Source: Planctomycetota bacterium
GTDB taxonomy: Bacteria; Planctomycetota; UBA1135; UBA2386
Assembly: GCA_965228735.1 (NCBI GenBank)
Contig: OZ245838.1
Location: forward strand, 2,016,001 to 2,080,000
Direction: 5' to 3'
Length of the DNA: 64,000 nucleotides
Positions 29,415 through 37,654 of this stretch are shown piece after piece. The translations under genes were made by a program, and so were the position numbers. A model generated the notes under the pieces. The model made no database searches and was not told the DNA's origin. It worked only from the letters and a program-made list of their open reading frames with translations. Each line of letters starts with the position of its first letter. The first letter of the stretch is position 1.

Positions 29415-30403
29415 TGCCGAGCCGAGTCCTCGTCAGCCGCCACGTCTACCCCGCGACCATCGCGATCCTGCAGGACGCGGGCTGCACCGTCGACTACCAC
29501 GACTCGAGCGACGGTCTGGAGCCCGAGTCGTTCGCCAAGAAACTCGCGCTCGCGGACGGCCTCGTCTGCCAGCTCACCGACCCGATCACGCGCGACCTGA
29601 TCGACGGCGCGCCCAGCCTGAAGGTCATCTCGCAGGTCGCCGTCGGCTACGACAACATCGACGTCGGGGCGGCAACGGAACGCGGCATCGTCGTGACCAA
29701 CACCCCCGGTGTGCTGACCGAGGCGACCGCGGATCTGACGTTCGCGTTGCTGCTCGCGGCGGCGCGCCGCGTTCCCGAGGCCGAGCGCTACCTGCGAGCC
29801 GGCCGCTGGCAACGCTGGGAGATCGACCTCCTGTGCGGTGCCGACGTGCACGGCGCGACCATCGGCATCGTCGGCTTCGGCCGCATCGGCCAGGCCATGG
29901 CCAGGCGGGCCCGCGGGTTCGACATGCGCGTCCTCTACGCGAGCCGATCTCGCGCGGACGCCGCGGTCGAGGACGAGCTGCAGGCCACCCACGTGCCGCT
30001 CGACGCCCTGCTCGCACGCAGCGACTTCGTCTCGCTCCACGTGCCGCTGACGGACGAGACGCGCCATCTCATCAGCGTCCCCGAGCTCAGCCGCATGAAG
30101 CAGAGCGCGATCCTGATCAACACGGCGCGCGGCCCCGTCGTCGACGAACGCGCGCTCGTGGCGACGCTCTCCGAAGGCGTGATCGCGGGAGCTGCGCTCG
30201 ACGTGTTCGAGGACGAGCCCGCTGTCCCGCGCGAGTTGCTCGAGCTGCCGAACGTCGTCGTCCTGCCGCACATCGGCAGCGCCACGGTTTCCGTCCGCAG
30301 CCGGATGTGCGCCATGGCGGCCAAGAACTGCGCGGCCGTGCTGACCGGTGAACGCCCCGAGCATCCGGTCAACCCCGAGGCCTTGGACGAGAGCCCGCGG
30401 TGA
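29414..30403 (+). CDS. D-2-hydroxyacid dehydrogenase (glyoxylate/hydroxypyruvate reductase, D-glycerate dehydrogenase)
   Basis: AVGYDNID, TNTPGVLTEATAD, GIVGFGRIG, LINTARG.VVDE, LDVFE.EP, LPHIGSAT. Confidence 0.93.
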   Translation: MPSRVLVSRHVYPATIAILQDAGCTVDYHDSSDGLEPESFAKKLALADGLVCQLTDPITRDLIDGAPSLKVISQVAVGYDNIDVGAATERGIVVTNTPGVLTEATADLTFALLLAAARRVPEAERYLRAGRWQRWEIDLLCGADVHGATIGIVGFGRIGQAMARRARGFDMRVLYASRSRADAAVEDELQATHVPLDALLARSDFVSLHVPLTDETRHLISVPELSRMKQSAILINTARGPVVDERALVATLSEGVIAGAALDVFEDEPAVPRELLELPNVVVLPHIGSATVSVRSRMCAMAAKNCAAVLTGERPEHPVNPEALDESPR

Positions 30404-31689
30404 GCCTGCGGCGGCGCCTCGTCGACGCGTTCGTCGCGACGCTCGGAGACATCGACGTCGCCCGGGTGATGCGACAGCAGCTCGAGACGTCGCCGCTGCG
30501 CGCCTGCGAATCGTGCATCGTGATCGCGTTCGGCAAGGCGGCGCGACCGATGGCATCCGCCCTCCTCACCAGCGTGCCAAAGGCCACCGCGGTGCGCGGC
30601 CTGCTCGTCCCGCCGGCGCCCGATGAGGCGCCACTCGACCCGTTGACCGTGATTCCGGGTGGCCACCCCTTGCCGACCGACGATTCGGTGCGCGCCGCGC
30701 GGGCGGCGCTGGCGCTCGCCCGGTCGGCCGGCCCGACCGACGACGTCGTCTTCCTCGTGTCCGGCGGCGGGTCCGCGATGCTCGAACTCCCGGCGATCGA
30801 CGGCGTGCCGGTGGCCGCGATGCGCGAGCTGTACTCGCGGCTCGTCGGCTGCGGCGGCGACATCGTCGAGATCAACACCGTCAGGCGCTGGTTCTCCGCG
30901 GTGAAGGGCGGCCGCCTGGCGGCCGCGGCCCGCCGCGCGAGGTTCGTCACCACGCTCGCCGTGTCCGACGTCCCCGAGGACCAGCCGGCAGCACTCGCGT
31001 CGGGCCCGACGATCGCCGACTCCTCGACCGTCGACGACTGCCGCGCCGTGCTCGACCGCTTCGAGCTCTGGAACCACGTCCCGGAAGCGCTGCGCCGCGC
31101 CCTGCGCGACGGCGCGCTGCCCGCGCCGCTGCGCAACGGCGACGAGCCGCTGACTCGCACCGAGCATCGGGAGATCCTCGCCAACCGCCATGCCCGCGAG
31201 GCGCTGACCCGGCACGTCGCGGCACTCGATATCGAGACCACGGAGGACCTCGGCGTCGACGACCAGCCGTTCGATGTCGCGGCGCACCGGCTGCTCGACC
31301 GCGTCGACGAGATGGCGCAGCAGCGGCCTGACCGGCCCGTGGCTTTGCTGACCGGCGGCGAGGTCACCGTGCGGCTGCCCGCGACGCCCGGCGTCGGCGG
31401 TCGCAACCAGCAGTTCGTCCTCGCGTGCGTCGAGCGCATCGCCGGTCGCCCGATCACCGTGCTCAGCGCGGGCACCGACGGCATCGACGGCAACTCCGAT
31501 GCCGCAGGCGCCGTCGCCGACGGGACGACCCTCGAACGCGCACGCGCCGCGGGCATCGATCCGGGCGACCACCTACGGCGTTGCGATGCGCAGCCGCTGT
31601 TCGAAGCGCTCGGCGACACCGTGGTCACGGGTCCGACTGGCCAGAATGTCCGCGACCTGCGGCTGATCGTCCATACGCCGAAAGCGTAG
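30400..31689 (+). CDS. Glycerate 2-kinase (MOFRL/DUF4147 family)
   Basis: AFGKAA..MA, GGHPLP, LVSGGGSA, EINTVR...SAVKGG, SDV, ASGPT, GGE.TV, GGRNQ, GTDGIDG, TGPTG.NV.D. Confidence 0.93.
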   Translation: MSLRRRLVDAFVATLGDIDVARVMRQQLETSPLRACESCIVIAFGKAARPMASALLTSVPKATAVRGLLVPPAPDEAPLDPLTVIPGGHPLPTDDSVRAARAALALARSAGPTDDVVFLVSGGGSAMLELPAIDGVPVAAMRELYSRLVGCGGDIVEINTVRRWFSAVKGGRLAAAARRARFVTTLAVSDVPEDQPAALASGPTIADSSTVDDCRAVLDRFELWNHVPEALRRALRDGALPAPLRNGDEPLTRTEHREILANRHAREALTRHVAALDIETTEDLGVDDQPFDVAAHRLLDRVDEMAQQRPDRPVALLTGGEVTVRLPATPGVGGRNQQFVLACVERIAGRPITVLSAGTDGIDGNSDAAGAVADGTTLERARAAGIDPGDHLRRCDAQPLFEALGDTVVTGPTGQNVRDLRLIVHTPKA

Positions 31690-31805
31690 GTCGCTCGCGC
31701 CCATGGCACTGGCGGCGCGGGAACGCCTCAGTCTGGGACTACAACCCTGGCGGTCCTCAAGTCGATGTCTCCCACGCAACAGGGAGACGAGCAACGGGGA
31801 CCAAA

Positions 31806-34787
31806 TTGCGCAACTACGCGACAGCAGCGGCATGCGCCGTGGTGTTTTCCGCGTGCAGCGGCAGCGGCGGCAGTTCTGCCGACGGCAGCACGCAGTTCGC
31901 GGGCTACGGCTTGATCGAACTCACGACGCACGTGCCGGCCGACGGCGCGGTGCAGGTCGCGCCCGAGGCGGCAATCACGCTCGGTTTCGACACCGCGGTC
32001 GCGCTCGACAGCCTCGGCGACGAGGACACGTGGCTGCGCCGCGCCGGTTCGACCGCCAACGTCGCCGGCAGCTGGGCCGTCCAGGACACGGGCAAGACCG
32101 TGGTCTTCCGGCCGAGCACGCCGCTCGCGATTGAATCGGACTACGTCTTCCAGGTCTCCGGCCTGACGTGTGACAACACGGGCCGCCTGCTCGACGAGAC
32201 CATCCAGTTCTCGTTCCGCACGCTCGACGAAACGCCGCCGACGTTCGAGTCGGTCAACGTCACGCCGAACGCCACGGGTCATTCGCGTACGGACGCGTTC
32301 ACGTTCACGTTCTCCGAAGCGATCGACCCGGGCACGCTGTCCGTCGACACGCTCGAGTTGCGCGATGTGTTCGGCGCCGTCTACGCCGGCGCCCGCACCA
32401 CAGCGGCCAACACCGTCGTCTTCGACCCGCACGCCGACCTGCCCGGCAATCGACAGTTCACGCTCACGCTCACGGGCGCCGTGACCGATCGCGCCGGGAA
32501 CGCAATCGCCACGCCCGTGTCCCGCGCGTTCACGACCGAGGGTGACGCCACGAAGCCGTCCGTCGTCACGTTCTGGCCGCCGCAGAGCAGCACGGGGATC
32601 TCCCCGGAGGTCGAACCCACGTACACGTTCTCCGAGTCGATGGACCCCGGCACGGTCGAACCGTCGTCATTGTCGTTCCAGGATGAGTTCGGCAGCATCA
32701 TCCCGTTCGCGATCCACGCGACCGATGATCAGCGCAGCCTGCGCGTCGAACCGCGCGTGCAGCTGCAACCCAACCGCACGTACACCCTCGCGTTCCTGCT
32801 CGGCAGCTCCGCCGCGACGGACGTGAGCGGCAACGTGCTCGAGGCGACCGCCGCACTGCAGTTCACGACGGGAACCGACGCGGCGGCTCCCGTCGTCGTC
32901 GCGAGCACGCCGACGCCCGGCGAGACGCGGGTCTCGCTCAACGCGATCCTCGAGATCACGATGGACGGCGGGCTCGACCCGGCCTGGGTCAACGACCAGA
33001 CCGTGCAGCTCACGGCCGGCGGCCAGTCCGCGGTCGTCATTGTCGAGCAGCCAACCGCCGACGTGATCCGCGTCACGCCCGTGCTCGAACTGCCGACGGA
33101 CACGACCTGCACGCTGACGCTCCGCGGCGGCCACGACGGTCTGCACGACGTCGCCGGCAACGTCATGCCGACGGACCACGAGCTGACGTTCACCACGTCC
33201 GCTGACAGCGATCTGCCGCGGGCGTTGATGATGCCGCCCGACGGCGCCACGGGCGTCCCGGTCTCCGTGCACATGAGCGTCGTGTTCGATGCGGCGATGG
33301 ATCCGTCGACGATGAACTCGTCCACGATCCTCGTCACCGACGATTCGCTCAACCCGGTGGCGGGCACGCTCGAGGTCCTCGCGCAGAACCGCGTCGCGCG
33401 CTTCACGCCGACGACGCAGCTCGCGCCGAGCGCGTACTACCGCATGCGGGTGGTCGGCGGCAGCAACGGCGTCCGGCGACTCTCGGGCAACTGGTTCTCG
33501 ACGGACCGTGAAGCCCGCTTCCGCACCGGCACGAGCAGCGATCAGACGCCGCCGTTCGTCGACGTGTCGGTGAACGGCATCGACGAATCGCGGACCGAAG
33601 GCCTCGTGTTGCCGCCGTTCGGCTTCACGATCGATGTCTCGATCACGGATCCGATCGACCAGTCGATCGACATGAGCTCGGTCGAGATCCTGCTGCAGGG
33701 CACCGGCGTCGGTCCTGGGAGCAGCGAGCTCTACGCCGTCGCGGACGTGCAGTACAACACCCTGCAGGTCCAGGTGCCCGAGTCAGCGGCTCTGCCCGCC
33801 GGTGACTGGGTGCTCACGGTGCGAGCCAACGACCTGAGCGGCAACTCGTCGAGTTCGCCCCAGCTCGCGTTCACCGTCGAGGACTTCTCGCCCAACCTGC
33901 AACCGTTCGAACGCATCCAGGTCGTCTGGGTCCGCCACGACCTCGACCGCGACGGGACCGGGGCGGACGACTTCAGCGAAGACCTGCTTCGCCTCGGCCT
34001 CACGACCGCGGGCGACCCGATCGGCACGAACGCGCGCATGCGCTCGATCGTCCTCGACGGCATCATCGGCAAGGCGAACGAGCTCTACGGGCGCGGCAGC
34101 CGGGGCGAACCGCTCGACAGTGGGTCCGTGTGGCTGCGCTTCACGAAGCGCGCGCCGATCGCGATCCCGCACATGCAAATCGCCATGGGCGGCTTCGATC
34201 CCGAAGGCCCGAGCAACCGCAGCTACGGCGACGAGAGCTCCGGCGTGCTCGGGCGGGCCTACTACGACTACCGCAACGGCAACTTCACCGAGCGCAACAC
34301 CGGCCAGAGCCCGGGCCTCGGGGTCTTCCCGAGTGAGATGTGGCTCTATCAGACCAACATCCACGAGCAGGTGTGGCCGTCGTATCAGACGACCTTCGCG
34401 CAGCGTTTCCGGCCTCTCGCACCGGACATGGGTGGCGTGCCGGCCGGCAGTGGCCCGCTCGATGCGGTCGTCCTCGCCGAGGGTTTCGACTACGCGAGCG
34501 CGAACTCGTCCGAACAGGCCCGCTACCTGTCGATCATGTCGGCCGCGGACGACTGGGCGACCGTGATGGGCATCATTCTCGCGCACGAGGTCGGCCACTC
34601 GGTCGGACTCGTCGCGCCGGGCCCGGCTCCGGGTGGTCTGTTCGGTGACGAGTCGCTGCACAACTCGTTCGCCAGCGCGGCCGAAGTCATGGCCCCGGCC
34701 GTCGGCTACGAGGCGATGCTGACGCTCGACTACGCCTTCCGGGATCTCGACCTCGCCTACCTCCGCCAACGGGTGCTGCTGCGATGA
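31806..34787 (+). CDS. Large lipoprotein: tandem bacterial Ig-like (Big_5-type) repeats plus C-terminal zinc-metalloprotease-like domain
   Basis: Lipobox VFSA-C. Five repeats P..GA..V.....F...MDP...D.aGN.....FTT plus a sixth Ig-like unit. AHEVGHSVGL at ~34584 with downstream His and VM. TTG start inferred. Confidence 0.8.
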   Translation: MRNYATAAACAVVFSACSGSGGSSADGSTQFAGYGLIELTTHVPADGAVQVAPEAAITLGFDTAVALDSLGDEDTWLRRAGSTANVAGSWAVQDTGKTVVFRPSTPLAIESDYVFQVSGLTCDNTGRLLDETIQFSFRTLDETPPTFESVNVTPNATGHSRTDAFTFTFSEAIDPGTLSVDTLELRDVFGAVYAGARTTAANTVVFDPHADLPGNRQFTLTLTGAVTDRAGNAIATPVSRAFTTEGDATKPSVVTFWPPQSSTGISPEVEPTYTFSESMDPGTVEPSSLSFQDEFGSIIPFAIHATDDQRSLRVEPRVQLQPNRTYTLAFLLGSSAATDVSGNVLEATAALQFTTGTDAAAPVVVASTPTPGETRVSLNAILEITMDGGLDPAWVNDQTVQLTAGGQSAVVIVEQPTADVIRVTPVLELPTDTTCTLTLRGGHDGLHDVAGNVMPTDHELTFTTSADSDLPRALMMPPDGATGVPVSVHMSVVFDAAMDPSTMNSSTILVTDDSLNPVAGTLEVLAQNRVARFTPTTQLAPSAYYRMRVVGGSNGVRRLSGNWFSTDREARFRTGTSSDQTPPFVDVSVNGIDESRTEGLVLPPFGFTIDVSITDPIDQSIDMSSVEILLQGTGVGPGSSELYAVADVQYNTLQVQVPESAALPAGDWVLTVRANDLSGNSSSSPQLAFTVEDFSPNLQPFERIQVVWVRHDLDRDGTGADDFSEDLLRLGLTTAGDPIGTNARMRSIVLDGIIGKANELYGRGSRGEPLDSGSVWLRFTKRAPIAIPHMQIAMGGFDPEGPSNRSYGDESSGVLGRAYYDYRNGNFTERNTGQSPGLGVFPSEMWLYQTNIHEQVWPSYQTTFAQRFRPLAPDMGGVPAGSGPLDAVVLAEGFDYASANSSEQARYLSIMSAADDWATVMGIILAHEVGHSVGLVAPGPAPGGLFGDESLHNSFASAAEVMAPAVGYEAMLTLDYAFRDLDLAYLRQRVLLR

Positions 34788-35785
34788 ACCGCTTCTTCTT
34801 CGACCTGGTCTCACGCGGCGCGCTCGCCGGCGCGCTCGTCGCCATCGTCCCCGCCCAACAGCAGGCGACGACGCTCGCGCGCGCCGTCGACCGCGCACCG
34901 GTGGTCGTCGTCGCGACGGTCACGGCAGCGACCGACCCGTCGCCGATGTGGCATCGCCTCGAGTGGCGCACGGATCGGGTGCTCAAGGGTCAGGTCGCAC
35001 CGACGTTCGCGTTGCTCGAGCCCGCGGGAGCCTGCTGCGGCCGCAGCCTCTTCGCGTTGCGAACCGGCGAACAGCGGCTGCTGTTCCTCGACCGCCGGGG
35101 CCCCCGGCTCCATCCGTTCGGCGGCAATCGCGGCGTCCTCTCGGTCGACGCCAGCCTGCTCGCCCACGTGCAGGCGCTGCTGCTGAACGACACCCCCGCC
35201 ACGCGTGGGCGCCTGCTCGCTCGCAGCCTCGACCATCCGAGCGCAAGGGTCGCGATGGACGCGGCCCTGGCGCTCACGGAACTGCCGAGCCTCGACCTCG
35301 ACGCGTCGTCGCGCGGCCACGTCGGACGCGCACTCCGACTCGCCGTGCAGCGGTGCCAGACCTCGTCCCCGGCGCTGCTCGACGTCGCCCTGCGAACCAC
35401 GGACCCAGGCCTGCTCGACACCGCACTCGGTCTCTACGTCACCACCAAGGACCGTGGCCAGGCCCGCCAGCTGCGCCGCGGCCTGCTGCGCGCGAACGCG
35501 GGCCAGATCGCCACTCGCCTGCCGGTCGTGCTGACACAGGAGGCGGCCGTCGAGATGCGCGCGGCCGAACTCTTGCGGGCGCTGCCCACCCACCAAGGAG
35601 GCCCGGCGCTGCAGAGCCTGCTGGCCCGCACGTCGTGCCCGCGGGTGAAGCTCTGCGCGACGGAAGGTCTGCTCGCAGCCGGCCACCCACCGCGCTCCCT
35701 GACCGGCAGCGTGCCGGCCGCGATCCTCGAACTCGCAAAGCGTCGGGTCTCCGCGCTCCGCTTCCGCACCATCGGCCGCGACTGA
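34784..35785 (+). CDS. Secreted hypothetical protein with HEAT-like helical C-terminus
   Basis: Signal ...ALVAIVPA-QQQ. TL...VDRA.VVV.ATV...VLKG N-terminal unit, then Leu/Ala/Arg helices. ATGA overlap with the upstream gene. Confidence 0.65.
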   Translation: MNRFFFDLVSRGALAGALVAIVPAQQQATTLARAVDRAPVVVVATVTAATDPSPMWHRLEWRTDRVLKGQVAPTFALLEPAGACCGRSLFALRTGEQRLLFLDRRGPRLHPFGGNRGVLSVDASLLAHVQALLLNDTPATRGRLLARSLDHPSARVAMDAALALTELPSLDLDASSRGHVGRALRLAVQRCQTSSPALLDVALRTTDPGLLDTALGLYVTTKDRGQARQLRRGLLRANAGQIATRLPVVLTQEAAVEMRAAELLRALPTHQGGPALQSLLARTSCPRVKLCATEGLLAAGHPPRSLTGSVPAAILELAKRRVSALRFRTIGRD

Positions 35786-35787
35786 GG

Positions 35788-37638
35788 ATGACCGACGGCT
35801 CCGACTACCCGGCGAACGCCGCGCTGCGCCTGCTGCCCGAGCGACTGCTCCGGCTGCCGCTCACCGATCTCGGCCTCACCTCGGCCGCGGTCGCGCTCGC
35901 GCACGAGCACGGGGCCGAGATCGTCGGCGACCTGCTGCCGGCAGACCCGACGAAGGAACACGACTGGCTCAACGAGACCACGATCGACGCGATCCGGCGC
36001 GGCCTCGACAACCTCCTCGTGCGAGGTCTCCCCGAACCGTCGGCGACCCGGCCGTTCGACCCGCTCGATTGGCCGTCGCTGCAGGGCCACCTGCTGCTGC
36101 CGCTCGATGACGATCAGCGGGCGCTGCTGCGTGCGGTGACGGGCCTCGACGAACCGCCGGTCTCACTCGTGCACTATGCCCGCGTGGCAACCATGGACCT
36201 GCGCGCCGCGACCGAGCTCGCGGAACGCACCCGCGCTCAGCTGCACGAACGGTCACGCGAGCTGCTGCCGCGGCTGCGCGACGAGATCATGCGCGAGATC
36301 GAGACGTTCGACGGTGTCGTCGACCCGCTGAAGATCGCGTGCGGCTCGATGCTCGCCACGATGGCGGAGGCCAACGGCGACCCGGCGTTCCCGATGCGGC
36401 TCGCGGCGTTCTGCCTGCCGACCGAGGTCCACCTCCGCCAGGGCTACCTCGTCGGCATGTCGCCGAGCGGGCTCAACCGGCTCATCGATCAACTGCGCGC
36501 GGCGATCGCGCGCCGTCAGCTGCCGGTCCCGCTCACGGAGATCGCGGCCGAGGTGCAGGGCGGGCGGGACGTGCCGACGGGGCTCCTGACGCACCTGCTG
36601 CGGAAGGAGCTGCGCCTGTCGTTCGAGATCCGGGAGGAGGGCGAGGTCATCGTCCCCGATCCGCGTTCGCCCGCGACCCGTCTCGCCGAGATCCTCGACG
36701 AGGACCGCGCCGCGATGCGGCTCAACGACCTCGTGTTCGCCTATCGCGACCGCTACCGCCGCGCCAACCCGCGCCACCTCGAACAGATCCTGCGCAGCAA
36801 CGATACGTTCGTCGTGGTCGGCCCCGACCTCTTCGCGCTGCGCCAGTGGCACGAGGACGAGTTCGAGGCCGCGGAGGCGGTCGCCGACCGCGCCGCCCGC
36901 TGGATCGTCGCCGAAGACGGCAAGCAGGACGTGTTGAAGTGGCTACGGGACGACGGCTGCACCGACACGGCCGCCTGGCTCGTGATGGACGTGCTGCGCC
37001 GCGACGAACGCGTGCGCCTGCTCGGTCGCGGCGAAGCCTGTCCGGCGACCGAACGCCGCTCACAGGTCATGGTCAAGTTGCTCGCCGACTTCCGCCGCGC
37101 ATCGGGCGATGTCGTCGAGAGCCTGTTCGTCGAGAACCAGCCCGACGATCGCCGCCGCCTCGTGCAGCGCCTGCTCGACGAGAACCGGCTCTTCGTCCGA
37201 CCCGAACCCGACCGCGTCGATACGCTCACGAACTACCCGTTCAACGAGGAGCGGCTGCGGCGGACGCAGACGCTCGTGCAGAAGGTGCTCGACGACCGAG
37301 GTGGCTATGCGCCGACCGACGTCGTGAAGAAGGGGGTCGACCAGACCGACCTCGGCGGCACCTGGCTCACGCCGATGTTGCTCGAGGACCTGATCCGGCG
37401 ACACGGCTGGTTCGACGTGCTGCCCGGCGGCGTGATCGCGCTGCGCGACCGCAAACTCGCGGCCCGCCTGACCTGGCTCGCGCGGCAGGAGCTCCGCGAC
37501 GCGGGCGTCCAGCTCACGGTCGACGAGATCCTGCGCCAGCGCACGGACCTCGCGGAGTTCGCCGACTGCCTCGCCGGCCTGCTGCACGCGGACCCGCTCG
37601 TGCACTCGCAGGACGGCAAGCGGTTCTGCCTCGTCTGA
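35788..37638 (+). CDS. Cytoplasmic protein with alpha-CTD-like, sigma-region-4-like and winged-helix (HARE-HTH-like) segments
   Basis: LLRLPLTDLGLTSAAVALAHEHGAEIVGDLL, LDDDQRALLRAVTGLDEPPVSL, LAEIL..DRAAMRLNDL...LEQILRSNDTFVVVGPDLFALRQW. Starts 2 bp after the upstream stop. Confidence 0.65.
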   Translation: MTDGSDYPANAALRLLPERLLRLPLTDLGLTSAAVALAHEHGAEIVGDLLPADPTKEHDWLNETTIDAIRRGLDNLLVRGLPEPSATRPFDPLDWPSLQGHLLLPLDDDQRALLRAVTGLDEPPVSLVHYARVATMDLRAATELAERTRAQLHERSRELLPRLRDEIMREIETFDGVVDPLKIACGSMLATMAEANGDPAFPMRLAAFCLPTEVHLRQGYLVGMSPSGLNRLIDQLRAAIARRQLPVPLTEIAAEVQGGRDVPTGLLTHLLRKELRLSFEIREEGEVIVPDPRSPATRLAEILDEDRAAMRLNDLVFAYRDRYRRANPRHLEQILRSNDTFVVVGPDLFALRQWHEDEFEAAEAVADRAARWIVAEDGKQDVLKWLRDDGCTDTAAWLVMDVLRRDERVRLLGRGEACPATERRSQVMVKLLADFRRASGDVVESLFVENQPDDRRRLVQRLLDENRLFVRPEPDRVDTLTNYPFNEERLRRTQTLVQKVLDDRGGYAPTDVVKKGVDQTDLGGTWLTPMLLEDLIRRHGWFDVLPGGVIALRDRKLAARLTWLARQELRDAGVQLTVDEILRQRTDLAEFADCLAGLLHADPLVHSQDGKRFCLV

Positions 37639-37654
37639 GGGTCAGCGCGTCGAT

